Source: Ruditapes philippinarum
Lineage: Eukaryota
DNA length: 64,000 nucleotides
Assembly: GCF_026571515.1 (NCBI RefSeq)
Contig: NW_026851932.1
Span: forward strand, 248,001 to 312,000
Reading direction: 5' to 3'
The notes under the pieces are model-generated. The model was not told the DNA's origin, made no database searches, and saw nothing but the letters and a program-made list of their open reading frames with translations. Shown here one piece after another: positions 31,281 to 45,198 of this stretch. Within the stretch, counting starts at the first letter, position 1, and every line of letters starts with the position of its first letter. A program made the translations under genes and the position numbers.

Positions 31281-31587
31281 TTAAAGGGACTCCTCTGAGG
31301 TTTAAAAGCTTAAAAACATAATATTTGAATTTCTTACATAAATGAGCTGGGGCACTTTAAACAGGATATATGCAAAGATAGTTAAGAAATATACTTTGAA
31401 ATAAATTGAAAATCGTACTTTTTATGCTTTTCTTTTGAATAACTATTCTGGAAAAACAAAGCGCGCGAATGATATGAAATTTTGCGCAAAGATTAGTGGT
31501 CTAAACCTACATCAAATAGTACATTTATCTGGAAAAAAAGTATTTTCAGTCCCATCATGTCAAAAAACCTCAGTGGAGTCCCTTTAA
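31281..31587. mobile_element. TTAA-flanked MITE with AG...CT termini (Kolobok-like)
   Basis: TTAA-AGGGACTCCTCTGAGGTTTT ... AAAACCTCAGTGGAGTCCCT-TTAA. Related copies at 57149-57491, ~48361-48745 and one ending ~61698. Confidence 0.75.
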
Positions 31588-34500
31588 AGATCATGGGAAA
31601 AGGAATGATTTTGTAACTAAAATTCTCGCCCTACGTGAACCATAAATTCCTAAAGTCCCTGCTAATTCCGACACTGCGAACGCTGCATATTTTTTAGCCC
31701 GGGCTGAAGCATATTTTCTCCGCTAGCTACCGGGGCAAAGACCGGGGCTACAATTGACTGATGTGTTAGCAACAACTTATTAGTAATAAAAGTTTTACAG
31801 TAATCTCCTGGATGTCAAAATAAATACATCAGGGTCGCTAATCCACACTTACATCAGGGTCGCTAATCCACACTGACATAATTTTATAACCTTATATAAG
31901 TTTTGTCAAATGCTGAAAAATATTATGTAATTTAATTAAAATTATAATACTATTTAACCTTAACTATTATTCTTAATTGAATTTGTTACATGTAGTATCA
32001 AGTAATATTATCTATTGACAATGGCACTTCTGAAAACACAAAAATTAACAAGATCATTGTATGGTAATTCAAATGTAATAATTATAATAAAAAATGTTTA
32101 TTTTTATAGTTCCATGACAGATTATTTCAGGTAAAAGCACGTCGGCAAAAGTTTGTTTTATCTAATTTGATCATACAATACATAACAAAACCCCAATTGG
32201 ACAATACATACAATTACAATAGCTGATATTGCTAATTTTTGCAACTTCAAAAGGCGGAGTGTTTTGAAAATCTATTCTTACATTTTTTGTTTTGAATGGA
32301 AGCTATTGAATTTACAAATATAGATAAAATATTTAATGTGGGTTAATTGGCCAACATTATAATTGGTCTGCGTCGTTATGTCATCTTCTAGGGTTCTGAA
32401 GCTATCTGTCAGCAGTCATTGGAGCAAAATATGATATGTAAGATGAAAGCAATTTTTCGAAAGTCAAGCATCTTAAAATAAATAATCTGTTAGTATTCCC
32501 AAAACGTGATCTCCCTTATACACATCGAATTAAATTAATATGCTTTTTTGTCGTATCTACCTTCAAGCACCTAAACATTTTCGAGCCCTAAAATTTGTAT
32601 AATTTCTAGAAAATACAGTTTATTTTGAGCATAATCTTTTGTTAATACATATCTTTATGGATACAAATGTATTTGTACATTAGTATAATGTACAACAATT
32701 ATAATGGAACAAAACTGAAAGGTTAATTTTTCGCACGAGTTATGAAGATCTGCATCCCTTCAGTGACACTTTTTAAAAGTTGTATCATATACAGTTTATC
32801 TTTCTTTTTCAGTTTTCCTTATTGTATCAAAATATTACGAATGGACACGTCCAGATATCGGTTTAATGTCGTCTACACATGATCGTCCTGTCATCACTTA
32901 GTTGCGTAATTCGTACCGTGATCAACGCGCAAGTATACACAAGAAAACATGACAAAAAATATTTTATATTTTAACTCTATTTTTTTTCAAAGCAGGATAA
33001 CATTTTTTTAAAAATATGTACAATGTTTGCCAATTACCACCATGTTAAGACACACATATTCTTCAGAAAACTTGTGTATAATTGTTAACTGCTATTTTTC
33101 TCACTGTACATGTGTATCATTGTAAATTGGCTATAAGCAATGCATTTTGTTTTATGCTTAATAAAATTCGTATTCGTATTCGTATTCGTATTAAGGGTAA
33201 ACTTATCAAAAAAGAAATGATATTCGTTTTCAACACAGTTCACGTTACATTCAGCTAATAATGCATACATCAAATACAAATCTTGCAGAAATTCATTTTG
33301 TTTTATTTTTCTTTTGTAATTTTGATTACTGTTATTATTTAGTGTCACAAAGGTTGTCACTTTATTTGACACACGTCTAGATTTTTTTCAATCCCGCTAA
33401 AAACACAAGTCAACGGGTTTTCGAAAACTTGTGAAAACCACTGACAGGATTTGTTTTTCGTGCTGTCTTTAAGTGATAGACACACCATTAAAGTTGATTG
33501 AGCCTATTAGGAAGCAGAGATTAATGCTCAAGATTAAGAAGTATCATAATAAATAAAACTCAAGATTAAAGCGGTGTTGTTAGAAGTGGATTGATCAATG
33601 AAATTATATAGATTAAAGCTGCAAAAAGTTAAGAAGAAAAAAATGTAGCAAGTATGCCTGATTTTAGTGATACTTCGTTCCAGAGATTGACATAAAATTC
33701 ATAAATGCAGCGTACATTCTCCTTACTGAAAATTATAATTAATATCCGTTCCAAATATAATAGGATCCTTAATGACATAAAATATTTATATGACATAAAA
33801 TATTTATAAAAACGATCATTAAAGAAAACTGGCAAGCATTTTGAAAAACACAAATATAGAAGAGTCAAGCAAGCTATTTTACTTAAATTAGGCCTGCTCA
33901 TAGAAACTATTGCAGACGACAACGGAAGTACATGAATATCACAGGGGCGTTTTATCACAGAAGTGAATGTGCTTTAATGGAAGACCTTCCTACATTTAAA
34001 TTAATTAGCATTCTACAATGAAAAATATATTTTTGTCTGATTTCTCATTAGGATCGAATTTGTGAAAACTCTGTCTTAAATAGTTTGATATGTATGTACG
34101 ATTTGCTTCCCTTAATCATTAATGATGAACGAACATAACGCATACGCTGCCGTAGAATCAGGTACATGTCTGTCTCCGGATCATTAATTAAAAATTATCA
34201 ATATATTTAAAAAAAAGAAGATATATCTCTATTAGCTCACATACTCAACATTAATCACTTGTTTTTCTTATTGTAACCGAATTGGTTTTATATATAACGA
34301 CTTATCGTATATATGGACATCCAGCGAATGTCCGTGCATTATTCAGTCTACTTGGAAGCAAATGTCCAACTTCCATTTTCGATCAGTTGAGTTTTCGACC
34401 ATTCCGAGATTCGTCGAGATATTTTTGTCTTTAACGGACACCTATATAATACATGAATAGAACTACATCGGAGAATTCAACCATTAATCTGCTGAACCCG

Positions 34501-34716
34501 AAAGTTTTTATTTTGAAATTGAAATATCTCTTTGAATTAATTCTTCCAGTTTTAAAAGAGGGTAAATGTCATTGCAAAATTACAATAGGTCAAGGGATAA
34601 GTTTCACCAGCTTCATAGCTTCCTTACATGCCAAAATTTAAAGTTTTAGGTTAAATTCGAGCTATGAAGCTATAACAATCAGAAAAATATAGTCAGCGAC
34701 CAATCCAGTCTTTTTA

Positions 34717-34938
34717 GGGGCGTCCATTGCCGAGTAGTTAAGTTGACTTAGACAAAGCACTTGTCCCTCAACGTTTGAATCCCGATAGGAACAGGATTCT
34801 TTCGTGTGAGGAAGCTATAGCTATCCAACTATATGGTACGGATGGTGATAGGCACCTTCGCCATATCACCTCTACTGAGTAGGCCTACTGTGTTGACCAG
34901 TGCGACGTTGAACAAATTAAATTCAAAATAAAATAAAA
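34717..34938 (+). mobile_element. Decayed tRNA-derived SINE
   Basis: TTGCCGAGTAGTTAAG, GTTTGAATCCC, GGATTCTTTCGTGTGAGGAAGCTAT, A-rich tail. An inverted copy of the same family lies at ~12690-12920. Confidence 0.65.
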
Positions 34939-35478
34939 GTTGATTACTTAAAAATAAAAATTTCATTGAATGAACAGCATTATGGTAGGTTGACATAAAG
35001 GAAAAAAACATAGGCACTGCGTAAATTTAAAGCACAGACTATATAGTATATTCAATTACTGATAATTATTTTCTATCTGATTATTTCCGATAACTTTATA
35101 TAGATCATTTCTAATTAATGGCGCATTTTCTTTAATTAATTCTCCAATGCAGTACAATTTTGTACATAAGTTATTGACAATTCTTAATTTAGAAACAATA
35201 TGCGGCGATTATTTATTACAGGGTCTTTCAAAAAGAAATATCTTCTAGATCTACCTCTGTGCAACTTAAAAATATTAAATTAAACCACGGATTTATATTA
35301 CAATGTAATATAAATCCGTGATTAAACTACACAATTAGCTTCAGAATACATGTATTTCAAGTTGTTAAGAAAATAAATGTTAAACACTGAAGACCTAGTT
35401 ATTTTTTATTTATTTTTATTTATCTATTTTAGATGTCAACAGAAATTTGTGTCAATATTCACAATTATTTACTGTCGG

Positions 35479-35882
35479 TGTTTACTCGTTGCTGTTAGCC
35501 GTCAAAACAATGTCAAGTAAATGCTTTCAAATGATAATTCATTCGTCTGCATAACCCGGGATCCAATCAGCCAATAGAAATAGGTTTCTCAAAAAGCAAA
35601 CTGTGTCAAACAAACTGATTGGCCTTTTGTGGAAACTGTATTTATAGTTGTTTACATTGTTGCTACACCATAATTCATTCAGTTTTCTGAAAGAACAATT
35701 GCAAATTAATTCATTTCTCTTGAACAGTTCCAAAGAAAACAATATTTTTCTTAAAGTTTGATGGATTTAATTTATATTGGGAGATAAAAAATAGAAGAAA
35801 GAAGTTTGATGCCGTTTATAAAAAAAAACAACAACGGAATTTTAATTTTAAAATTTAAAAATCAGTTGAATCATTCTAGAAA
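35479..35882 (+). promoter_or_regulatory. FOXJ1 promoter and probable non-coding first exon (donor AA|GTAAGT after 35882; intron to acceptor TTTTTTCCAG at 36946)
   Basis: Three CCAAT boxes (two within 35563-35575; ATTGG at 35618-35622), forkhead sites TGTTTAC at 35479 and 35649 and GTCAAACAAAC at 35605, then a consensus donor. The acceptor lies 9 nt before ATG 36956. Confidence 0.6.
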
Positions 35883-37030
35883 GTAAGTATCTTTTACATA
35901 TATTATTTTACTTGTTTAATTTTAATCAGAACGATTAATTTTTTTTGAACGTCATTTTTAAAAGTTCATATGGATCTTGCAAACTTGTTTGACAGTTGTT
36001 ATTATCTTACACGTGGAAATCTATTTTTGGACTATAAAAATCGAACAACCAATGGTTAACCTCGGATTATCTTTGACGCCTTTTCTGACTGCATGCCTAA
36101 ACCCATATACCTGCATAATAAGTAGATTACAGGACATGTACACAATGTATAGGTATATCTATTGGACTATACCTGTATGTACATGAAACTGCTCTGCCCG
36201 GGAAAAGAGTTAAACAATTTATTTCATTCTGGGTTTAAGCTTTGTACTGTAGAGGTCACAGTATTGCAGAATATTTAAAGATAAATGGAATTTACACATA
36301 GAAAAAATATTTGATGGAAAAAATCTTAAGGTATTAATACTATAATATTACTTTGAAATAAACTTATAACATATTTGCGTTTTATAGTCTTAGAATTGAA
36401 AACGTTGTTTTACAATGTAGTTTAATTTAAGGTTTAATTTTTTAATCAGTTTCAAGTTTAAACAAGAATCTGGTGTTGACATTTTTATACTTGATGAATT
36501 TTGCATGTTTCTGTTTTAATTTTTTTTTAATAATTATTTGTAAAAATTATTTGTTATATATAGCTGGATCTATATATTATGTGTCTGAATTAGGTTTCAG
36601 TATTCCATTTTCAAATGCTGTAAATATACATGTATAATGTTAAATTGTAGATCTACACATCTCTTGATTATATCTGAAAAACAATTTATTGCTTTTAATT
36701 CGGCTATGGATATATAACTTGCTTATTTTTTAGTTTTTTCTTTATAATTGAGAAAAATTAAATCATTGTAAACATACATATTTATAGGGAGAAAAACACA
36801 TTAATTATATTTTTAGAGGTTACAGTGTTGCAGAAATTGAATTTACATGAAGAAAAACTAATTGATGGAAAAATGTATTTAGATAAAATAAATTTGAAAT
36901 ATTAATTAATATTAATAATTAAATATAATCAATGTTTTTTTTCCAGACTTGATCAATGCTAAAAGTACACCCCCAAATAGGCAGGTCAAAGTATCCACAG
37001 GCTTACTCTCTTCATCAACATCAGCCAAGG

Positions 37031-38891
37031 ATGCCAGCTCTAACCCGTGACCACTTAGCCTTAAGGCTACGTCAGAATTGGATGGCAAAATACCCAATGG
37101 ACACATGTAGCAATGGAGGCACACACCTTGATGACAGTCTGACAAGCTTAAACTGGCTCCAGAATCTGAACATTCTAAAGATCACCACTCCAACACCACC
37201 ATCTAGTCCAGGGCCACCAACCTTTGGAGATTACAAAAACATTAAAGTGAATCCTAATTCAATATTAAATGTTGCATGTGGACCTCCACCAACAAAAATG
37301 TTTGAAATGAGATTTCCGCCAGTAGACACTCCACCTCTCACACCAACAACCCTTGGTGGGGATTCCATAGACTATAAAACTAACCCATATGTGAAACCAC
37401 CATACTCATATGCAACATTAATATGCATGGCTATGAAAGAGACTAAGAAAAGTAAAATAACTTTGTCATCAATTTACAACTGGATAACAGATAACTTCAT
37501 GTATTACAGATTAGCAGATCCAAGTTGGCAGGTTAGTTAAATATCAATTCCTTGACTAATTGAATGATGGAATTAGAATAATTAACCAAACTTGGAAATT
37601 GTGAAAATTTAAGTGTTCATATTTCCAGTTTTTTAGTAATAATTCTAATTTATTGCCTTATTGTTAATTAAATGGCAACTTCCTGGAAAGTTCTTTGTAT
37701 TGAAGGGGACTGGATGTATAGAGTATTGTATTGGTTTTTTTTTATCTTGGAAGAACTCTTTGGTGTGCTAATGATTGTCACATTTTCCAACAATCTTTAT
37801 TGAAAATCAATGTGGTTGCCAAGTCTTTATAGCTGCAGAAGAAGCAGTTTATCTCGATTGCTGTTCTTGAATTGTTTTCAGTCACATGTATCTTTAATGA
37901 AGTTGTAAATGTACTTATCCCATCTGATAGATATACATTATTTTCTTGAAGAAAAAGTATTTCATATTTTGTAAAGGGTATCATTTTAAACTTGTTTATA
38001 AACTATATGTACAATATATATAAGAGGCCTGATATTTTTTCTTTTCAGAACTCCATAAGACATAATTTGTCACTAAACAAATGTTTCCAGAAAGTCCCTC
38101 GCAGAAAAGACGAGCCTGGAAAAGGAGGATTCTGGAGAATTAATCCCGAATACAGTGACCTTATTGAAAATGGTGTGTTCAAGAAACGTAGAAACTCTCG
38201 TGATGGGCAGTCAGGCTCAAACACAAACTCTCCTACCACAACTCTTCCAATTAACTTAAAGAGAATTAAAAGTGAACCAGTGGATGATGGTTACGAAGAC
38301 ATGGGTTCAAGCCCGCCAGCAAAAATGCGCAGATTAGATTATGGAAATAGTGTTTTACATTTTGGTGCTACTGAGGATGAAGGTCATTTGAAAGGGGATT
38401 TCAACTGGACCTCAATTCTGAATCAAGATATTGAAATCGGTGGTGTAAAAATTAAAACTGAAGATTTAATAGACACAAATGATGACTCCGCTAGTCCAAT
38501 CATGGCAATGAGCCCGCCTTCATCAGACTCAAACTCTGTTAGTGACTTTGGTTTAGATGACCTTTTAGGTGAAAATGATTTTTCACCATCACAATCACCA
38601 TTAGACTTTACCACCCATGATTCTCTCAGTTTAGAAGTGATAGGCACCGGAATTAAAGCACCCAACTGGTGGGCAGACAGTTTTAATGCCGGAGAGCACA
38701 GAAATCTCCTACAAAACATTGAAAATATCGAAACGAGAAGCGGACTTAATACTCCAGTTGCACCTTCACCTGTGCACGAAAATGAAGAAAACGATCATCC
38801 GTGGTTTGACAGATCGGCTCTTAATCTCGATACACCTTTTGATGTTGACAATTTATTTGACATTGAAAACATTCCTAGTCCCCATATATGA
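37031..38891 (+). CDS. FOXJ1: Forkhead box protein J1 (motile-cilia regulator); coding exons 37031-37531 and 38049-38891, 447 aa (472 aa if upstream in-frame ATG 36956 is used)
   Basis: FoxJ1-type N-terminal motif [14 protein letters not shown]. Forkhead domain [22 protein letters not shown]...[17 protein letters not shown]|[35 protein letters not shown] split by a phase-0 GT-AG intron (37532-38048). C-terminal [11 protein letters not shown] and acidic region; TGA ends 38891. Confidence 0.95.
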
Positions 38892-41680
38892 TTGGTGGGG
38901 CATAAAACAAATGCAATATCGTATTTAAATAAGAAACCATTAGTTGCCTTAGAAATAAGCTAAAATATTGTCAAATATTCTCACATGAACTTTAGATTAT
39001 TTTTTGAGATGTGAGTGTAGAATGCTGCCAAAAACTACCATTTTTTTTAGCCATTTAGCCATATATACTCTATAAATCATTACTCTGAACTGCCAGTACC
39101 TTTAATTCATTTCTCAGTTTAAAGGCATATTTTAGATGAAATTAGAACATTAATTAACAGTATGATAGGGTAAAATAATGGAAAACACCAGTATATTTAT
39201 TTGATTTTTGCATCAACAGTCATATACTTGATGTTTTCATGATTTTTTTAAAAAAGTTGTTACTCTTGTTAGTGTTTTCTGCTATTATTACGATTGTTTC
39301 TTTTCCTGATAGCTCAATCATGTTTGATCAAACTTGTTTCATTTTACATCACAAGCATTCAGTTGAGTTCATTAGAGATCATGTTTATGAGATCATTTCT
39401 TAACACTTTACCTGCTGAATTTTAATAATAGACTTGCCCAGATTTGAATTTGGAACAGTCCATTTAAAGGGATTTCAAATTGACCTACCAGCAGTATAGA
39501 GCCTGGTTGAACTACACAAACGTGCAGCCTCACCTGGTGCTAAACTGGTGGCAAATGGTTCAAGCAGGTTTTTGGTTAACAAATTTGTTTATTGTATAAT
39601 TTTGTTGTAGATAGAAATGGTATGAAAATACCAAAAAATGTGATAACAATAAAAGTGCTGTGTAAGTACTACCATTGAGAGAGAGGTTCCATTTTGAAAC
39701 TTAACAGATTTTTGCATAATGAATTTTACCTATGTTTTTGGAATTGTAATTGACAGGTATGTTAAGAAAGAAATGTGGTCTGTTTATTTTACATAAACAT
39801 GTATATTTATATCTGCAACTGCTCATAACTTTTTCAATGAGTTCTTTCAAGAAATAATGCCAACAGTAGATCAATTTTTACAACATATTCCAATAATTTT
39901 TTTTTTTAACAATTAAAAACATGAAAAGCTTTATTTAAACAATTATTATGAAACACAACTGTCACTTTCATTTTTGAGTTTATGCTAAATGAAAGTTTCA
40001 TTCTGGTGTCTCTCCAGGGCATTGTGCAAATTTATATATATAAAAAGGGTGTCATGTACATTGACACGATCCTTATCAATTTCCGTCCTAATGTATTCCG
40101 TCCAGTGATACATATATTACTATTTATGCATGTACATACTGTAAATAGTGTTATTAATTACAGAATTTTATTTTGTATATATATATAGATATTTATATAT
40201 ACACACATTGTATATAAATCATGTAAATATTAACATTTTGTATTTATTTATTTAAAAAAGAATAGGGAGAAAATATATTAATATATGCATATGTTCATGA
40301 AATTCATTGTTTGACAAATTTTGTTTTATCATTTTTTTAATCGTTGTTCAAGTATTTCTTTTCATTTTTTTTTCAAACATCAGTCCTTGTAATCATGGTT
40401 GAATAAGATTGATAATTGTTTGAGAAAGAAACAGGGTGCATATTTTCTAAAGGAATTACAACACAGTGTAATATACCAGTATTATAAGTTTGAGATCTAA
40501 GTATTAAATCGTTTTGGTATTTTCTGAAAGTTTACAATACTTTAAACAGTTTATGGATCAATAAGTAAGTATATGTGATAAATACATTGTAAACCAATAT
40601 CTGATCAAATCTACCTCAATACACTATTTTTATACTTATAAAACTACATGTAGTAAGAAAGGAGACAAACACCTAAAAAATAACAGGAATTTTTATCCTA
40701 TGTTATCAAATTTAGTTTGATTTATTTTCAACAATATATATTTGGTATAATAATGTAACATGCTAGGTCTGTTTTCCATATCTTTCTATGTGAAAAATTG
40801 TGCACACAACAAGTAAACCATTTAAAACATTTTTGGGGAGAAAGAACAAAAGCTTAACACTGCCAAGAGATCATTTTTTTCACAATCAAAGAAAGAAAAT
40901 GTGTTGAAAGGAACATTTTTTTTTTCATTTACATGTATATGTCTCTATAATGAAAAAGGTTACCATAATAGTAATGGTTTTAAACTGCTGCAAAATATAA
41001 TTTAATACTTTTCTCTGTATTTGATAAACCAAATGATAGTGTAATAGTATAATAAAATATGTAGTCCGAGTTATAATATATTATTTTATAAGTGTACATG
41101 AAATTAAGACGTGTGACTTCATGTTTTTAAATTTTATGTAGACATGTTTTAGTTTAGTATTAATAATCCTTGTAGAATTGGTGTCAAATCAGATATTTTA
41201 TTTTGTTGTGTTTTAAAAGCATTTTTATAACCTTTGCTTGAGATTTAATCCTTTGAACTCATTCCATTTTTTGAATTTCAAAATTTCTTTGCTATACATT
41301 TATCATGCAAATATAGATTTGAAATTAATATATCAAGTAATAATTTTCATTTGTATTTTCTTTACTCGCAAGGGATAACTTTTTGAATTGTTTATTTATT
41401 ATTCTGGGGAAAATTTAAGTATAAAGCATTAGTAGTAAACAATATTATAATAAGTAGAATAAACAGTTTAATCGTTGATTAAATTTAGGATAGTTTTGAC
41501 CAGGAGTTATAAGACTTGTCTATAAGTTGTTTCCCTTGTGAGCATTAAAAGCTGGTTCCCAGTATCATTCAGTATTAGCTTCATTATCATTTGTTTCTTG
41601 TTCCCAGCACTAGTGTGCCTACACCGGTTGCAAGTGTTTACACTATATTGAAAATAAATAATAATTAAAAAAAATGTGAA

Positions 41681-41686
41681 AATAAA
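41681..41686 (+). terminator. Probable FOXJ1 polyadenylation signal (about 2.8 kb 3' UTR)
   Basis: AATAAA at 41681 (another near 41653) followed by a GU-rich tract (TGTGTTGGTTTTGTT) and a compositional change. Confidence 0.45.
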
Positions 41687-43960
41687 AGTATTTTTGAAAA
41701 GAAAACTGTGTTGGTTTTGTTCCTCAAATATCTGTTGTATTTGGTTTCTCTCGGGCCGTTTCAGCCAGGACAGAATGCAGGAAACACCGCGCGCAAAACT
41801 CGTGCAGAATTGCTTGAAGGGAACAAGGCAGGTTTATACATAATTAAGCCACGTTAGTTTCTTTATTTATTGATATGTACCTTTGAGGCAAGATCGATGA
41901 AATATTCAGAGGCCATGCTTCGATTGAAGGCATTGCTGCCCAAAATTTCCCGTCATTTTCAGAAGAAGAAAAAATCAAAAACTATCTAAATTTTACGCAT
42001 TACATCATGTGTATTATATTTGACCATTAAAATGCTGAATTTTATAAACAGACTTGCCCATCTTTCTATCTGGACAAAACCTGTTGTCATTATTTTCAAA
42101 AATACAACTGTATGTAGTTTGCTGCAGACCGTGTCGTCTGCAGTGGTCACGTGGGTAGAATCTGTTACCGCCCTTGCGAAAAGAAAATGACTATAGCATT
42201 TTGGTGATTATAAACTTAATCTTAAACAAGATGAAGATTTCTTGAAGAAAATAATGGTCTAAATGGATTCGCCCACGTATCTGCACAAGGTTTAATACAT
42301 TCATGTTACTCGTGACAGTATATCAATAAAAAAAAACGTACCGTACTAAATACCTTAGATGTCATTATTTATGTGTTTAAACTTTCAAATGCAATAAACA
42401 CCATTTGCGAGTATATGAATTTATAAAAGGAATGAACCAATCTTAATACCTTTCAAACACTTTACATACAAATCGAACTGGTGATAAGTAAATAACATGG
42501 AGTGGTTGAACTTAATATAACTTGCCCGGTGTAAAATGCTATAAAGGTCCACGAAAAATGTAGATAAAGAATTAGCTCAGCTTTATCTATATATAATCTC
42601 TGATTGTTTAATTTTTTTATTTCTCTAAATTTTAAGCATGATGATGATGATGAAGCACAAAAAGGTTTTTATAAGGTATCCCTCTCCCCTCCCCTAAAAA
42701 AAATAAATAAAAGAGATTGTGCACACATCTTTTTTTCAAAGAAAACCAAATGTTTGTGATATAATAAGTAAGTAAGTACTGGTGATATTTCTTTTTCAAT
42801 TATTTTCAATCAATCGAGTTGTGCCGCGTGACCGTCCAATATAACCCCATATTGGACTCTGTAGTATACAATACATTTTCTATATTGGACTGCATGTTGA
42901 GCGTTAATTTGGTGATTTTCTTCTTTTGGTTTCGAAAATACTCAAAACCCAATGACTTCTTACGTTTTTCTAAAAGTACATACAGTTCGCATATTTAGAA
43001 CAAATTATTTTTGTGTAAATGATAACTTGATAAAGGTAAAGTGGGAAATACTCGAACAAGTTCTGTCAGGAATAAATGATGACGTAAATATGAAAAACAT
43101 CATGGTCACGTGACTGACAGTTACCGCAATTTCGATAAATCTTTTAATGACAATTAAAATAAGCAAGGACTTACATTAAGCCCAGTGAAATAAGTATACA
43201 TGTATTGAGTATGTACAAAGCTTTAATCTAGACTCGCGGCAAGAAAAAAATAATCAAAAATAAATAAACAAATAAGTAAAATACATATATTATTTTAGTT
43301 AAAAATGAGAAAGTCTTGACAGTTGGTGAAGGTATCCGCCAGTAGTCGAGATCCATACCTACCTTAGCTAGCGGCATAGACAAATGAAACTTGTTAATCC
43401 GGAGAAAATATCTTAAGACGTTGAATCGATTTTATTGAATTTAAATAATCTCCGGAATATCAATTAAATCTCTTTCGGTCATATTGATTTAAGTGATTTT
43501 GCACACTTGGGTATAAATGGCCCAGTGATAAGTGAGTCAAACTCTATATTTGGTAGAAAAATATTTTAAAAGGTTATAAGTTGACTGGTTTTCCGTGGTA
43601 TAATTCCTTTTCAAAGTTTACATATGATTTAGTGAGAGGTTTAAGTCGAACAATGATAATGCATAAGTCGATCAAAAAATTGGAGAAAATTTATATCGTT
43701 AAATATGTAGTTGAATCACCTTTTTGAATAAAACTAAACACTTCAAGTGTTGTATTAAGAATGTAGTGACCATCATGGTCACTCTTTTACTAGTGACTAG
43801 CACGTGCACTGAGACGCAGGCGTTAATTTGCACGTGCATGCGTATGGCGTATATCAATTCATCCAGTCTATGTCATTATCATAACATACTAGCGACTTAT
43901 GCATGCAGTCGAAAACATAAACTGTACTGTTGGCTGCTTAACCAAATTCAAAGAACATAA

Positions 43961-43964
<4 letters not shown>

Positions 43965-43995
<31 letters not shown>
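43965..43995. repeat. (AAT)n microsatellite
   Basis: About 10 AAT units. Confidence 0.9.
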
Positions 43996-43998
<3 letters not shown>

Positions 43999-45198
43999 GA
44001 CTGTAAGGAAGCAAGCCGCTAATTAAATATAAAATGCACGTTCAGTAACGAGGTATTATTCATTTTACCAGACAGAACAATATTGTGATTAGTCCTATTG
44101 ATAGTTCTGGTAGGACAAATTCGGCATTTTTAAGCATTTTAATTCCAAGATCAAAATAATCGTATAAATAGTCATTTTTGCTAGAGATTAATCCGCTACC
44201 TTCTTCACAAGACAACATTATGTGTAATGAATAATAAATATAATATATTTAGAATTTAAATAGATATAAATTAAAATGTAGAAAGTTAATATTTTTAAAG
44301 GAAAAAATAAATAAAAGAAGATAAAATGAAATATTTTTAGAGATATCAGACCATTGTCCACATAAATTAATTTGAAAAGGAAAAGTATTTTTGAAGTTTT
44401 AGTAATTACCTTTTAAAAATAATAAAATTTAAAAAAAAATTAAATTATTGTCTAGTAAAAAAATCTAAGTTTATGGGGAGATAATTCTTGCAATATTGGT
44501 GCTAGAGTTATGAAACCTTGTCACATAAGATGTGGATGATGATTACGTAATATATATTTGAAGTATGAAGTTGATCCCTTTAGAAATAAATAAGTAACAG
44601 TAAAAAATAATATTTTTTATGGAAAATTCTAAGTTCAAAGGGAGAAAAATCTCAAAATATTGGTGCTAGAGTTATGAACCTTGTCACATAAGATGGGGAT
44701 GATGATAACGTAAATATATTTGAAGTATGAGGTTGATCCCTTAAGAAATAAAGAAGAAACAGTAAGAAATAGCATTTTTTGAGGAAAATTCTAAGTTCAA
44801 GGGGAGATAAATCTGAAAATATTGGTCCTAGAGTTATGAACCTTGTCACATAAGATGGGGATGATGATAAGGTAAATATATTTAAAGTATGAGGTTGATC
44901 CCTTAAGAAATAAAGAAGAAACAGTAAGAAATAGTATTTTTTAAGGAAAATTCTAAGTTCAAGGGGAGATAAATCTGTAAATATTGGTGCTAGAGTTATG
45001 AACCTTGTCACATAAGATGTGGTTGATGATAAGGAACATATATTTGAAGTTTGAAGTTGATACCTTAAGAAATGACAAAGTTATAGTGAAAAATATTTTA
45101 CTGCACCAAAACTTTAATCTAAAATCTGGACGCGGACGCCGACGCCGACGCCGGGGCGAGTAGGACAGCTCTCCATATACTTCGTATAGTCGAGCTAA
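43994..45198 (-). mobile_element. Helentron/HINE-type element, ~4 units of 162 bp, inserted at an (AAT)n tract
   Basis: Terminus GACGCCGACGCCGGGGCGAGTAGGACAGCTC...TAGTCGAGCTAA shared with 10101-11075; unit anchors 44634, 44795, 44957. The left ~460 bp are abnormal (see findings). Confidence 0.8.

Noticed and set aside
38045-38928. Antisense and alternative-frame ORFs over FOXJ1 and KDM1A exons (also 11474-11838, 12471-12695, 24993-25205)
   Set aside because: Shadows of real coding exons.
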